Of a stretch of 64,000 nucleotides of DNA, positions 52,174 to 62,445 are shown in pieces (positions within the stretch are counted from its first letter, which is position 1; each line of letters begins with the position of its first letter). The stretch is taken from assembly GCA_965214605.1 (NCBI GenBank), contig OZ243961.1, positions 640,001 to 704,000 on the forward strand, read 5' to 3'. Under the pieces are notes generated by a model. It saw nothing but the letters and a program-made list of their open reading frames with translations. It made no database searches and was not told the origin of the DNA. This stretch comes from an uncultured Candidatus Binatia bacterium (GTDB taxonomy: Bacteria > Desulfobacterota > Binatia > Bin18). The position numbers and the translations under genes were made by a program.

Positions 52174-53334
52174 CTAGTCCACCGCCATCACCTTCGTATT
52201 CACAAAATAGGCAAAATCAAACTGGGTGGTCTCCCCGACCCCTTTGCAGGGTATTGGCAGCAGTCGGGCCGAGAGGGGCTTGGCCAGCTTCCAGCCCAGC
52301 GCCGCCACGTCGCTCAGAACGGCGGCGAGCTGAGCGACGCTCACATCTCCGGCCAGTGGGATGGTATCAAGCCCAGTCCCGCACACCGCAGAGTAGCTGA
52401 GCAGGCTTGACAGCCGTAGCAAGCCCTGATTATTGCGCTCGGCCAGTCCAACATCTTCGAGCACCGGCAGCATTAATCCGCTATACCCACAGGTGTGTAA
52501 GCGCGTCTCCTTTAAGGCCGTCGTAATCTGGGCCGCAATCGCTAAGGTTCCGGGCTCACCAAAACGGCCTAAGCCGAGCCGTTCAATCGCATAGGCAATG
52601 CTTGCCTCCGGACTAGGCCCAGGAGCCGGAGACAGGTCAACGCCTCGAAAAATAAACCCCGCCTTTTGATGTTGCTGGGCAATCTGCTGAAGCGGCCAGA
52701 CTTGGCGTTCCAACTCTTGGACTAGGGCGGCTCGAAAATCGTCCAACGCTTGTCCGGGTTGGGCGGTCGCGGCCACGATATCGGCGGCCTCCAAAGCTAG
52801 GCAAAAAGCAGGTCGACCGTGGTGAAAAGCGGCAGGAAAAAAGGGAATATGGGGACCACAGTTGAGCACTGCAGCAAAGCGCAGATTACCAAACCCATCG
52901 GCTGTGGTCCGGGAGATAGTCCGGATCGTTTGACCAATTGTCCGAGCGATTGAGCGTGGTAGGGGATGGTCGGCTTCGGCCAAGACCACGCTGGTAAAAA
53001 CCGTGCTGGTCTCGCCAATCAGCTGTGGCACAAGCCCAAACAACGCCTGCTCCGCGGTTCGTTGAGGATTGACCGGCCCGATCGAGCAATATTCTATGCC
53101 GTTTTCCCAACAACAGACTTCTAAGTCTTTGGCAAATTTCAGGACCTCGGTCTCGGTCCGATCGCCTAGAAAGGTGGGAAACGGAGACGTTGCCAGACGG
53201 ATAGTCTGCACCGCAACGCCGGCTGCCTCGTACTCGGAACGCAGACTTGAGGCAAAACGTCCTGCCGCAGCGATCTGTTGACTCTGGAGCGGCAGCCTAG
53301 GGTCCAGACCGACAGTAATGGAACGCACCTTCAT
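52174..53334 (-). CDS. DUF711 family protein
   Basis: MKVRSIT, PFFPAAFH, GVDLSPAP, GYSGLMLPVLED, SAVCGTGLDTIP. Confidence 0.82.
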   Translation of the reverse strand: MKVRSITVGLDPRLPLQSQQIAAAGRFASSLRSEYEAAGVAVQTIRLATSPFPTFLGDRTETEVLKFAKDLEVCCWENGIEYCSIGPVNPQRTAEQALFGLVPQLIGETSTVFTSVVLAEADHPLPRSIARTIGQTIRTISRTTADGFGNLRFAAVLNCGPHIPFFPAAFHHGRPAFCLALEAADIVAATAQPGQALDDFRAALVQELERQVWPLQQIAQQHQKAGFIFRGVDLSPAPGPSPEASIAYAIERLGLGRFGEPGTLAIAAQITTALKETRLHTCGYSGLMLPVLEDVGLAERNNQGLLRLSSLLSYSAVCGTGLDTIPLAGDVSVAQLAAVLSDVAALGWKLAKPLSARLLPIPCKGVGETTQFDFAYFVNTKVMAVD

Positions 53335-53439
53335 GACAGTTACTTATTAGCATTCTCTGTCTTCAGAGACTACTCCGCACCAGGGATTACAATTGCAAAA
53401 AATGAATATAGTCAATATAATTAGAAAGAAAAATCTCAT

Positions 53440-53988
53440 ATGGCAAAAGACAAAACAATACCACTCCCCCTCTCCTCCTTTCAGACACTACCGGAAGGCA
53501 ACGAAGTCCAAATCAAGCTTACCCGCCGTCCGCCCTGGCAACCCTCGCCCCGCCTGCCCGACTACTTGCTTGAAGATGAGCTCAACAAACTCATGGACCC
53601 GCGTGAGTGGAAGGTCTACCGGGCCTTATGGCGTCATTCGATCGGTTTGCGCCGGACGCCGCTGATTACCGCCGGTTATGCAGAAGTCAGCGAAATGACC
53701 GGCCTCTCAAGGGCTTCTGTCATCCGGTCTCTCAAGGGCCTCATGAAAAAACGCTATGTGGTCCGGATTATTTCCCCACAGTCAGCCGGCGAGAGCCGCC
53801 TTGAGCAGGCTCGGCTGCCGCGCAAACCGCGGGATGGCCACCGCTACTTGGTGTGTACCTATCGTGAGGTGATCGAGGGCCGATTACGGGATGGAACCCC
53901 GCTCAAAGATATTCCCGAAGGGGGACTGTATCCCGAAGAGATTCAGGTCTTTCGCAAGGAGGGGCAGGAATCGTTGTTCTCTGAGTAG
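53440..53988 (+). CDS. Winged-helix protein resembling replication-initiator N-terminal domains
   Basis: EWKVYRALWRHSIG...GYAEVSEMTGLSRASVIRSLKGLMKKRYV. Confidence 0.65.
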   Translation: MAKDKTIPLPLSSFQTLPEGNEVQIKLTRRPPWQPSPRLPDYLLEDELNKLMDPREWKVYRALWRHSIGLRRTPLITAGYAEVSEMTGLSRASVIRSLKGLMKKRYVVRIISPQSAGESRLEQARLPRKPRDGHRYLVCTYREVIEGRLRDGTPLKDIPEGGLYPEEIQVFRKEGQESLFSE

Positions 53989-54194
53989 CCTCTTGCACAT
54001 TACACCTAGATGGGGCATCTTCAGAAGGAAGATGGGCAAAGCCATAATCCGCAAACGTGCGAAAAGATAATTTCATCTTCAGATATAATAATAGAGGAAT
54101 AATCGTCACGATCCATACTTACCTGCCTCTCACCTGCAACACGAATACGGGTGGATAGAGGCGGCAGGTCAAAAACCACACTGAGTGGAGACGA

Positions 54195-54917
54195 ATGTTC
54201 ATACGGCACAGTATTTTTTTCTTTATCGTCCTGAGCTGGTTGTGGCTGGTTCTGCCGTCGCTCGTTCAGGCTCAATTTTTGTCTCAGGGTGAGCGGATTG
54301 GAAGCCAAATGACCGGTGACAGAGCCCGTGACCGGGTCGACCGCAAGAAAAAGGGGGCGAATATCTCCGAGTGGGTGAGGCGGCTAAACAACGACCGGCC
54401 CGATACCCGTCTGGAAGCCGTCAGATCTCTGGGCGATTCCAAAGATCCCCTAGCCATTGAACATTTGGTCAACGCAACCGCAGATATTGATATCCGGGTC
54501 AAAATTAAAGCTATCGAATATCTCGGCAATCTACGGGCCACAGATGCGACTCCGATTCTGGCCCAACAACTCTTTTTACGAGACACCCACCTAGGAGTGA
54601 AAAAGAAGGCCTTGATTGCCCTGGGAAAAATCGGAGATCCGCGCGGGGCAGAGCCCATCATTGAATTCATGCGGCGTGATCTCGACGAAAACACCAAAGG
54701 CGTCGCCATCTATGCTCTCCGCGATGTAGGGAACGAACAAGTCCTGGTCTTTCTTGATAATATGGCCGAAGACGATTCTTCCCAGCCGATTAAGAAATTA
54801 GCTGCACGGGCAGCTACCGATATCCGTAATCGACTGTCGCCTGAATTCGAACCGGTTGTTCCAACCTATATCATGCAGGTCGAGTTACGAAACAAGGCAG
54901 AACAGGGCGAACGATAA
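54195..54917 (+). CDS. Exported HEAT-repeat protein
   Basis: Hydrophobic signal ending VQA; repeats RLEAVRSLG, KIKAIEYLG, KKALIALGKIGD, AIYALRDVG. Confidence 0.8.
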   Translation: MFIRHSIFFFIVLSWLWLVLPSLVQAQFLSQGERIGSQMTGDRARDRVDRKKKGANISEWVRRLNNDRPDTRLEAVRSLGDSKDPLAIEHLVNATADIDIRVKIKAIEYLGNLRATDATPILAQQLFLRDTHLGVKKKALIALGKIGDPRGAEPIIEFMRRDLDENTKGVAIYALRDVGNEQVLVFLDNMAEDDSSQPIKKLAARAATDIRNRLSPEFEPVVPTYIMQVELRNKAEQGER

Positions 54918-54958
54918 GAACGGCGAAAGAGCAACGACGAAAGAGGAATCGGGCAATC

Positions 54959-56389
54959 ATGCGCAACACAATTTTCGCGATCGGTCTGATAGTTTGGATG
55001 CTAGCTTTTGTGGTCCACGCCTCAGACCACGAGCCTAGCTCTGACTCTAATGTTGTGGCGCCAAACCTCTCGACTACCCTTCCCCCGCTGGTTAACACTG
55101 CCAAAAAAGCCAAGCGGTCGGTAGTAAACATCTCTACCACGCAGAAACTCCAGCGCCGGAGCAGCCGACAACGTCGGCCTGGTCCGTTTGGTGGCGAAGA
55201 TCCGTTTGAAGAATTTTTTCGACGTTTTTTTCCAGATCCCTCACCAGATCAACCCCGGAGCCTAGGATCCGGCTTCATCATCAGCGAAGACGGCTACATC
55301 GTAACGAATAATCACGTCATTGGTGAGGCGGACAAGATCACCGTTCGCCTGTCAGACGAAGAGGAATACCAGGCAACAGTCATTGGCTCAGATCAGCGGA
55401 CCGATCTGGCCCTGATTAAGATTGAGCCGAGCAGCAAGCTGACCGCTATCCCCCTGGGCGATTCCGAAGCCCTCCAAGTCGGGGACTGGGTCATGGCCAT
55501 CGGCAACCCGTTCGGTCTTGAGCAGACGGTCACAGTCGGTATCGTTAGTGCCAAAGGTCGGGTGATTGGAGCTGGTCCTTACGACGACTTTATTCAAACC
55601 GACGCCTCAATCAATCCGGGCAACTCTGGCGGTCCGCTCCTCAACCTCCAAGGTGAGGTCGTCGGCATCAACTCGGCAATCTTTAGCCGCGGTGGAGGCA
55701 ATATCGGTATTGGCTTTGCCATCCCCATTGGCCAAGCCAGGTCAATTATTGCTCAACTCAGAGAGAGCGGCAAAGTCACTCGTGGCTGGTTGGGGGTCAT
55801 GATCCAGCCAGTGACCAAAGAGCTGGCCGACTCCTTTGGTTTGGAAGAACCCAAAGGCGCGCTGATCGCCGAGGTCACCGAGGGGAGCCCAGCCCAACGG
55901 TCTGGCTTAGAGCGGGGAGACGTCATTACGGCTTTTAACGGACAGACGATTAACGATTCACGCGACCTGCCGGCTCTGGTTGCCGACGCCCAGGTTGGCT
56001 CCGAGGCAGAGGTCAGGCTGTTACGCGGCGGACAGGAGAAAGACGTGTCAGTCAAACTCGGCGAGCTCCCCGAGCAGCTAGCACGCCGCAGACCGGCACA
56101 GGAGAGCTGGGGCATGACCGTGGCAAATATCACGCCCGATATCGCCCGCCAGTTCCAACTTGATACCGCTCGCAAAGGCGTGATTGTAACCGCGGTCGAG
56201 CCCGGCAGTCCAGCCGCAACAGCCGGGATTCAACCCGGCGACCTGATTGAGGAAGTTAACCGCAAAACGATTACCTCAATCGATGAATTCAGCAGGGCCA
56301 TTGCCGATCTCAAAGATGATGACACCCTACTCATCCTAGCCCGGCGGGGAACGTTCACCTCCTTCTTTGCTCTCAAGAAATCAGGCTGA
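54959..56389 (+). CDS. Do/DegP/DegQ-family serine protease with two PDZ domains
   Basis: SLGSGFII, TNNHV, DLAL, IQTDASINPGNSGGPL. Confidence 0.95.
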   Translation: MRNTIFAIGLIVWMLAFVVHASDHEPSSDSNVVAPNLSTTLPPLVNTAKKAKRSVVNISTTQKLQRRSSRQRRPGPFGGEDPFEEFFRRFFPDPSPDQPRSLGSGFIISEDGYIVTNNHVIGEADKITVRLSDEEEYQATVIGSDQRTDLALIKIEPSSKLTAIPLGDSEALQVGDWVMAIGNPFGLEQTVTVGIVSAKGRVIGAGPYDDFIQTDASINPGNSGGPLLNLQGEVVGINSAIFSRGGGNIGIGFAIPIGQARSIIAQLRESGKVTRGWLGVMIQPVTKELADSFGLEEPKGALIAEVTEGSPAQRSGLERGDVITAFNGQTINDSRDLPALVADAQVGSEAEVRLLRGGQEKDVSVKLGELPEQLARRRPAQESWGMTVANITPDIARQFQLDTARKGVIVTAVEPGSPAATAGIQPGDLIEEVNRKTITSIDEFSRAIADLKDDDTLLILARRGTFTSFFALKKSG

Positions 56390-56846
56390 CTTCGTACCCG
56401 GGGCTGGAAAGGAGAAGGCAGGAGAATCCAAATACCTATTGCTGTCCACTACAGTGTTCAACTTTCAATTCTTCCCCTCTTCATAGGACGTGAGCATTGA
56501 TCGCTACGCACTTGTCATCATGGGCAGCGACACGTATTTTGAGGTGGACAAGACCTCTCCGATCGCCACTATCCCCGGAACGGAACTCAGAAGATGTGAC
56601 GTGGTCCGAGTCAATGACGACAACTGTTCCGGTTTAATCTTGCCCCCTTCCTTCCCCCTCAACAGATCGCGTCCGTACTTCCACTCTGGCCGCAAAACGC
56701 TCCAGCACCGTGCTCCACCGGCACGGCCGAGGCAGGACAACACTGGGTCAGCTCATTTCCACTGGCCAGGGAAGGTTGAAGCCGAAGTAAGGACGAGGTG
56801 TGGTGGGGCCAGCACAGTTCAGGGGCCACGTTTCCCTGCATCCGGA

Positions 56847-59168
56847 CTATATCTCTGAGGGTCGGTTTTTCACCACTGGGGGTGTGAAGACCGTGACAGG
56901 CGGAAGGATACCCTGATATGCCTCGACCTCGACCAAGGCCGTGTGGGCACTCGACCCCTGGGCGAGCTGAGAGGTGCCTTTATCAAGCGTCAGCACGTTG
57001 GGGTTGCCGTTTTTTTCCAGCGTTCCCGGCACCCCGGGCTCCAAGGGATCGTACCAGGCTCCGGTTGCGAGCTGGACGACCGACGGCTGGACCTTTGGCG
57101 TGACCACAGCTCCGGCCAAACACTGGCCGCGGTCGTTGAAAACCCGGACCACCGTACCGCTTCGAATCCCGCGCTTGGCTGCGTCTTGGGGGTGTATCCA
57201 GATTGGCTCACGCCCAGCAACCTTGGCCTCTTGGCTGACAACGCCCTGATCGAGCTGACTGTGCAGGCGGGTGACCGGTTGGTTAGAAATTAGATGAAGG
57301 GGATACTGTTTGGCCCGCTCACTCCCCAACCATTCGACGGGTTCCAGCCAGACTGGGTGGGGCGGACAGTCGTCATACGCATAGGAGGCGATCCGCGCCG
57401 ACCAGATCTCGATTTTTCCCGACGGCGTTGTCAACGGATGCGCCTGGGGGTCCCGACGGAAGGCTGCTAGAAAAAGCTGAGGGTCGTGCGGATCCGGCAA
57501 CTCAAATAAGCCTGTTTGCCAAAACTGGTCAAACTCCGGCATAGCCACTCCCCGCTCAGCCGCGCGGCTCTGTGAGCGGCGGTACAGATGACGGAGCCAA
57601 CCCATCTCGTCTCGGCCTTCGGTAAAACGCTCGGCAAAGCCAAGCCGCCCGGCTAGAGCGGCGAAAATGGCATGGTCGCTGCGTGCCGCACCAATCGGTG
57701 CCACAGCCTGTTTATTGGCCAGCAGAAAGCCATCTCGGGGAGTACTGACCAGATCATTGCGTTCAAGCGGCGTGGTCGCCGGCAGGACAATATCCGCGTG
57801 CCGCGCCATCGGCGTCCACCATGGCTCATGGACGATGACCGTCTCCGGCTTTTGCCAGGCCCGCAGCAATCGGTTCAGATCCTGGTGGTGATGAAATACA
57901 TTGCCGCCAGCCCAGTAAATGAGTCGAATATCGGGGTACAGATAGTGCTCGCCATTGTAGGCAAACAGGCCACCGGGGTTCAGCAACATGTCGGCAATCC
58001 GGGCAACAGGAATAATCTCCTCGACCGGGTTTGTACCCCGATCCAGTACCGCCCAGTTGAGCCGATTGGTGTGTGCCCCTACGGTGGAGACCGAGCCATA
58101 GCCATAGCCGAACCCACCACCCGGCAGACCGATTTGGCCCAGTATGGCTGCCAGGCTGACCAGCATCCAGAACGGCTGTTCCCCGTGATCAGCTCGCTGG
58201 AGTGACCATGAGGCCATGACCAGCGTCCGCTTGGCCGCCATCCGGCGGGCTAACCTACGGATCGTCCGGGCCTCAATCCCGGTAATGGAGGCTGCCCAGT
58301 CGGCGTCTTTGGGCTGGCCGTCGCTGTCTCCCATCACGTATGGCCTAAACTTTTCAAACCCAACACAGCAGCGGGTCAGAAAGACTGCGTCGTGGAGCCC
58401 CTCAGCGATCAGGGTGTGGGTCAGTCCCAACATTAGGGCCACATCCGTATTCGGACGCGGGATGAGCCACTCGGCTCCCAGAAACTCGGCCGCATCGTCT
58501 TTGACCGGCCCGAGATACACAAACTCAACCCCCGCCCGCTGACACGCCCGCAGGCCGTCGTAGGTCCGGTGACGTACGACCCCGCCGTAGCTGATTTGGG
58601 TATTCTTCAGCGGAATCCCGCCAAACATCACAACAAGTTCAGAGTGTGCAGCGATAGTCGGCCATGACGCCTGGTCGACCAAGAAGCGGAAGAAGTTGCC
58701 CGCTACATATGGCATGATGACATCACCCGCCGCTGTACTATAGGTATTCACCGAACGAACAAAGCCACCAAACTGGCCCAGAAAGCGTTGGAGTTGGGCG
58801 GCTGGGAAGTGGAAAGCGCCGGCACTGCCCCAGCCATACGAGCCGCCATAGATGGCACGGTTGCCGTATGCCTGACGTACTCGGGTCAGTTCGGTCGCAA
58901 CCATGCCCAGCGCGCGGTCCCAGTCCAGAGCGATAAACGGCTCAGTGCCCCGCGTTCCATGGCCAGGCCCATGCTCAAGCCAGCCAGCTCGGACCATCGG
59001 GCAGCGGATGCGCAACTTATCGTCTACGCTCGCAACATACGACCGGCCAAGCGGAGAGGGGTTTGGGTCCTGCGGGAGAGGACGCAGGGCGACTAGCCGC
59101 CCGTCCCGAATTTCGGAATCGTAGCCGCCCCAGTGAAGGGCGGTCCGGACGAGGGAGGGAGCAGGCAT
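56847..59168 (-). CDS. Cytoplasmic Mo-bisPGD S/N-oxide reductase (BisC/DorA/TorZ clade)
   Basis: HWG start, PMVR.GWL, YGGSYGW, YSTAA (Ser ligand), QRADHGEQ, RLHSQLD, GAWYDP, GNPNVLTLDKGTS; no Tat signal, no Fe-S motif. Confidence 0.9.
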   Translation of the reverse strand: MPAPSLVRTALHWGGYDSEIRDGRLVALRPLPQDPNPSPLGRSYVASVDDKLRIRCPMVRAGWLEHGPGHGTRGTEPFIALDWDRALGMVATELTRVRQAYGNRAIYGGSYGWGSAGAFHFPAAQLQRFLGQFGGFVRSVNTYSTAAGDVIMPYVAGNFFRFLVDQASWPTIAAHSELVVMFGGIPLKNTQISYGGVVRHRTYDGLRACQRAGVEFVYLGPVKDDAAEFLGAEWLIPRPNTDVALMLGLTHTLIAEGLHDAVFLTRCCVGFEKFRPYVMGDSDGQPKDADWAASITGIEARTIRRLARRMAAKRTLVMASWSLQRADHGEQPFWMLVSLAAILGQIGLPGGGFGYGYGSVSTVGAHTNRLNWAVLDRGTNPVEEIIPVARIADMLLNPGGLFAYNGEHYLYPDIRLIYWAGGNVFHHHQDLNRLLRAWQKPETVIVHEPWWTPMARHADIVLPATTPLERNDLVSTPRDGFLLANKQAVAPIGAARSDHAIFAALAGRLGFAERFTEGRDEMGWLRHLYRRSQSRAAERGVAMPEFDQFWQTGLFELPDPHDPQLFLAAFRRDPQAHPLTTPSGKIEIWSARIASYAYDDCPPHPVWLEPVEWLGSERAKQYPLHLISNQPVTRLHSQLDQGVVSQEAKVAGREPIWIHPQDAAKRGIRSGTVVRVFNDRGQCLAGAVVTPKVQPSVVQLATGAWYDPLEPGVPGTLEKNGNPNVLTLDKGTSQLAQGSSAHTALVEVEAYQGILPPVTVFTPPVVKNRPSEI

Positions 59169-59191
59169 CTTGTCGACTCGGCTTGGGGTGG

Positions 59192-59560
59192 TTAGGGCTC
59201 GGCCCGTTGTTGGGTAATCATCGCCAATACAGGGGTGGCAAAGGGCCTGCCCATCAGCACGTCAAAGGCGGTGATCACTGCCTGTCGATCGACGAGGCGT
59301 AAAAGAAGCTCTCTCTCCCGGACAGGTGTCTCAGCGGCAAAAAACCGCTGCTGACATGCACACTGCCAAGGCCGTGGCGGAAACTCCAGTCTGCCCTGGG
59401 TACTACAGGTCCAAGCGGTATACTCTTTTCCCCAAAAATGTTCTAAACCGCGTAATGCTCTTGCCTTGGACACCGTCAGATCAAGACTGACGGTTGATTC
59501 GTCAACATCCGTCGCAGGTTCACAGCAGTCGAAGTGCCAGGCAATGAGTTGGTCCCCCAT
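59192..59560 (-). CDS. Small Cys-rich hypothetical protein
   Basis: GGAGGAG RBS; fills the gap between co-directional genes; CC, WTC...FPPRPWQCAC. Confidence 0.65.
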   Translation of the reverse strand: MGDQLIAWHFDCCEPATDVDESTVSLDLTVSKARALRGLEHFWGKEYTAWTCSTQGRLEFPPRPWQCACQQRFFAAETPVRERELLLRLVDRQAVITAFDVLMGRPFATPVLAMITQQRAEP

Positions 59561-59574
59561 AGACTCCTCCCATT

Positions 59575-61323
59575 TTAATCTGCCGCGACCGCCGGCTCAA
59601 GACGCGCTTGACGCACGACCCGTGTCTGCTCCCAGTCGATCGTGACAGCTTGGGGATCAATCACCACCCCGTACTGCTCACGTGCGCCGGCAATGGTCAG
59701 CTTCTCGTCTCTCACATCGGCCAGGACCTTCTCGGGTTCGCGCTCAAAGGGATTCCCGTGCCCGCCAGACGCACACACAACGTGGTAAATACTGTCGCCC
59801 GGCCCCACGTCCAGATGCATATGCGCTTTACGCGGAAGTTCTTCATTGGTGTCGCCTGAGCTCAAAATATTGGTAGACAAGGCGCCCGGCTGTCCCCCGG
59901 CCATGCCCTCAGACGCCCGCAACAACCTATTGGTTCGAACCATGGCTTTGCCCGACCTCAGAAAACGCCACTGCTTGTAGATCGATAAGGAGCCCCGATA
60001 CTTACCCGGTCCGGCCGTATCCGGCACATAACCAAAACCGTCAATAACAACCGGATATTCGCGTTCGAGCAATTCGGCCGGAATAGTGCCGTAGGAGCCA
60101 AACGACATGGGAGCAACGCCGTCGATGCCGTCTTTGTTCGGACGTCCTCCCCAACCGCCAAAGAAGATATCCATCATGGCGTACGGCGTACCGTCGGCTT
60201 TCTGCCCGGTCAGATGCAACACATCGCCGCCCTCTCCCGGAATAGGCACTCGCTCGGGCAAAGCCTTAGCCAGGGCCCGGAACAACATGTCAAACACACG
60301 AAAAAACAGCGGGGCCCGCCCGCCTACAGCGGCCGGAAATCGGGGATTGACCAGAGAGCCTGGTTCGGCGATCACTGTGAGGGGTCGAATGAAGCCGACG
60401 TTGGGCAGAACGTCCGGACTGACAATACTCTTCACCGCTCCAAAGACCGTCGCCTTGGTCATACTGAGCGGGAGGTTAATCGCGCCTCTTGCTTGGGGAC
60501 TGGTACCGGTAAAATCCGCAGTCAGCGTATCTCCGGCAATGCGCAAAGCTAGCTTCAGGACCAGGGCCGCACTATCAGTGCCAAAGCCGTCGTCCTCAAA
60601 CACATCTTCGTGTACATATTCTCCGGGCGGAATCTCGCGCAGCGCCGACCGCGTTGCCCGCTCGGCGTAATCAATCAGATAATCACACGAGGATTGATAA
60701 GTTTGTAAACCGTACTTATCGAGCAGGCTACGGATCTCTTGCTCACCCCGCCAGCAGCCGGCAATCTTGGCTTCCACATCGCCCAGCCACTCGTCCGACA
60801 CCCGGACATTGGCCAAAATCGTATCCAGCAGGGCGTCATTACGTTCCCCAGCCTGGTACAGTTTGACAACCGGGAGCCGCAGGCCTTCTTCAAACGTCTC
60901 GGTACACTGGCTACTAAACCCGCCCGGAAAGCGGCCGCCAATATCAGTATGGTGGGAGTAGGCCAGGGTGAAGGCGACTAGCTGATCGTTCCAAAAGGCC
61001 GGGGCAATAATCGCCACGTCCGGCATGTGGGTCACCCCGGCATACGGATCATTGACCACCACTACGTCGCCGGGCTGAAACGTGCCGCCAAACTTTTCCA
61101 GGAGGTAGGGCATCATGGCCATAAAGAACGACAGCTGAAACGGCGCAGCATAGCCCTGGCCCAATAGACGACCCTGGCCGTCGCAGATAGCGGTGGCAAA
61201 GTCACCGGTCTTGACCATTGCCGAGCGGCCGGTTTTCCACACTGCAATCGCCATCTCTTCGGTGATTGAGGCCAGTTCGTTCTTAATCACCTCAACCAGA
61301 ATGGGATCAAAGCTGCGTTCCAT
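59575..61323 (-). CDS. Hydantoinase B / oxoprolinase family protein
   Basis: DPILVEVI, NDPY..VTH.PD, HHTDIGG, EEGLRLP, DFTGTSPQ, GPGKYRG, GGHGNP.ER. Confidence 0.92.
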   Translation of the reverse strand: MERSFDPILVEVIKNELASITEEMAIAVWKTGRSAMVKTGDFATAICDGQGRLLGQGYAAPFQLSFFMAMMPYLLEKFGGTFQPGDVVVVNDPYAGVTHMPDVAIIAPAFWNDQLVAFTLAYSHHTDIGGRFPGGFSSQCTETFEEGLRLPVVKLYQAGERNDALLDTILANVRVSDEWLGDVEAKIAGCWRGEQEIRSLLDKYGLQTYQSSCDYLIDYAERATRSALREIPPGEYVHEDVFEDDGFGTDSAALVLKLALRIAGDTLTADFTGTSPQARGAINLPLSMTKATVFGAVKSIVSPDVLPNVGFIRPLTVIAEPGSLVNPRFPAAVGGRAPLFFRVFDMLFRALAKALPERVPIPGEGGDVLHLTGQKADGTPYAMMDIFFGGWGGRPNKDGIDGVAPMSFGSYGTIPAELLEREYPVVIDGFGYVPDTAGPGKYRGSLSIYKQWRFLRSGKAMVRTNRLLRASEGMAGGQPGALSTNILSSGDTNEELPRKAHMHLDVGPGDSIYHVVCASGGHGNPFEREPEKVLADVRDEKLTIAGAREQYGVVIDPQAVTIDWEQTRVVRQARLEPAVAAD

Positions 61324-61351
61324 GCTGCCCTCCTTATTCGACTTGTGAAAC

Positions 61352-62425
61352 CTAGGGGCGCACCTCGTAGTAGGCGTTAAAAGGATTCTCAAAATCGTGA
61401 CGCTTAAACTGGCCAAAACCGGCCTCGGCCGCCATCTTGCGAGCCACCTGTTCGTTAAAGCCCAGCGTACCCAGGCCGGCACCACCGGGCTCTGACATTG
61501 CCGACGACATACAACCCATCACCGAGAAGGCGTAGAACATGCTGGTCAGCGGATTCTTGAGATTTTCCTCGAATGTCGGGGCGCTATTAATATCGGCAAT
61601 AAACCAGGTACCGTCGGACCTGAGGGCTGAGCGAATGGCGCGAATCATGCCAGTGGGGTCTGTCATGTCGTGGATACAGTCAAACGTAGTGATAAAATCC
61701 AGGCTGCCATCAGCCGGCAGACCGTCAGTCTTGGCGTTGTGGAACATCACGTTGGTGAGACCGGAGGTCCGCTTATTCTCCTCAGCCCTGGCTAAGGCGT
61801 GTTGCGAGATATCATAGCCGTGGAACTCAGAACCCGGATACGCTTTGGCCAGCTCAAGCACGGCCACTCCGGCCCCGCAGCCAACATCCGCCGCCCGACC
61901 GCCAACGCGAAGCTTGTCGGTCACGCCGTCGAGTGCGGGCAACACGGTCGACACAAGGGCGGTCCGAAACCAGGGTCCAAACACCCGCTCAATACCGCGG
62001 GCGCCTTGGGCACCACGGGCGTCGTAAGGCAGGCCCAAGCCGGTCCGGAAGGACTCAGGCAGCCGTTCCAAGAGCATCATCCGTTGCGGCAAATCGCTGA
62101 AAATACCGGCCGCAAACTTGGGACTGTTCTCATCGGCCAGGAGTATGCCCATCTCGGCAGACAGCTCAAAGTGCCCGTTACCGCGATACTCGACTAAACC
62201 GGCGGCGGCCTGGCCGTGGATCCACTCCCGCACCCAGCGTTCATGCAGGCCGGTCTTGTCGGCTAACTGCTGGCTGTTCATCTGTCCGGCGCCCCGGAGT
62301 GCCTGATACAGGCCAAGGGCGTCGCCAAGATGAATCATGGCCGAGATAAGCGCGCCCTTCAAATGTCCAAAAATTTTTTGTCCGGCGTCTTTCAACGCGT
62401 CCGGATCAATAGTGCTATTCGCCAT
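61352..62425 (-). CDS. Class I SAM methyltransferase with N-terminal wHTH (Rv2258c-like)
   Basis: LGLY, LA.KTGLHERWVREW, ADVGCGAG, FDCIHDM, GLGT.G, N.YYEVRP. Confidence 0.88.
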   Translation of the reverse strand: MANSTIDPDALKDAGQKIFGHLKGALISAMIHLGDALGLYQALRGAGQMNSQQLADKTGLHERWVREWIHGQAAAGLVEYRGNGHFELSAEMGILLADENSPKFAAGIFSDLPQRMMLLERLPESFRTGLGLPYDARGAQGARGIERVFGPWFRTALVSTVLPALDGVTDKLRVGGRAADVGCGAGVAVLELAKAYPGSEFHGYDISQHALARAEENKRTSGLTNVMFHNAKTDGLPADGSLDFITTFDCIHDMTDPTGMIRAIRSALRSDGTWFIADINSAPTFEENLKNPLTSMFYAFSVMGCMSSAMSEPGGAGLGTLGFNEQVARKMAAEAGFGQFKRHDFENPFNAYYEVRP

Positions 62426-62445
62426 ACTCAATTCCCTTGTGTAGC

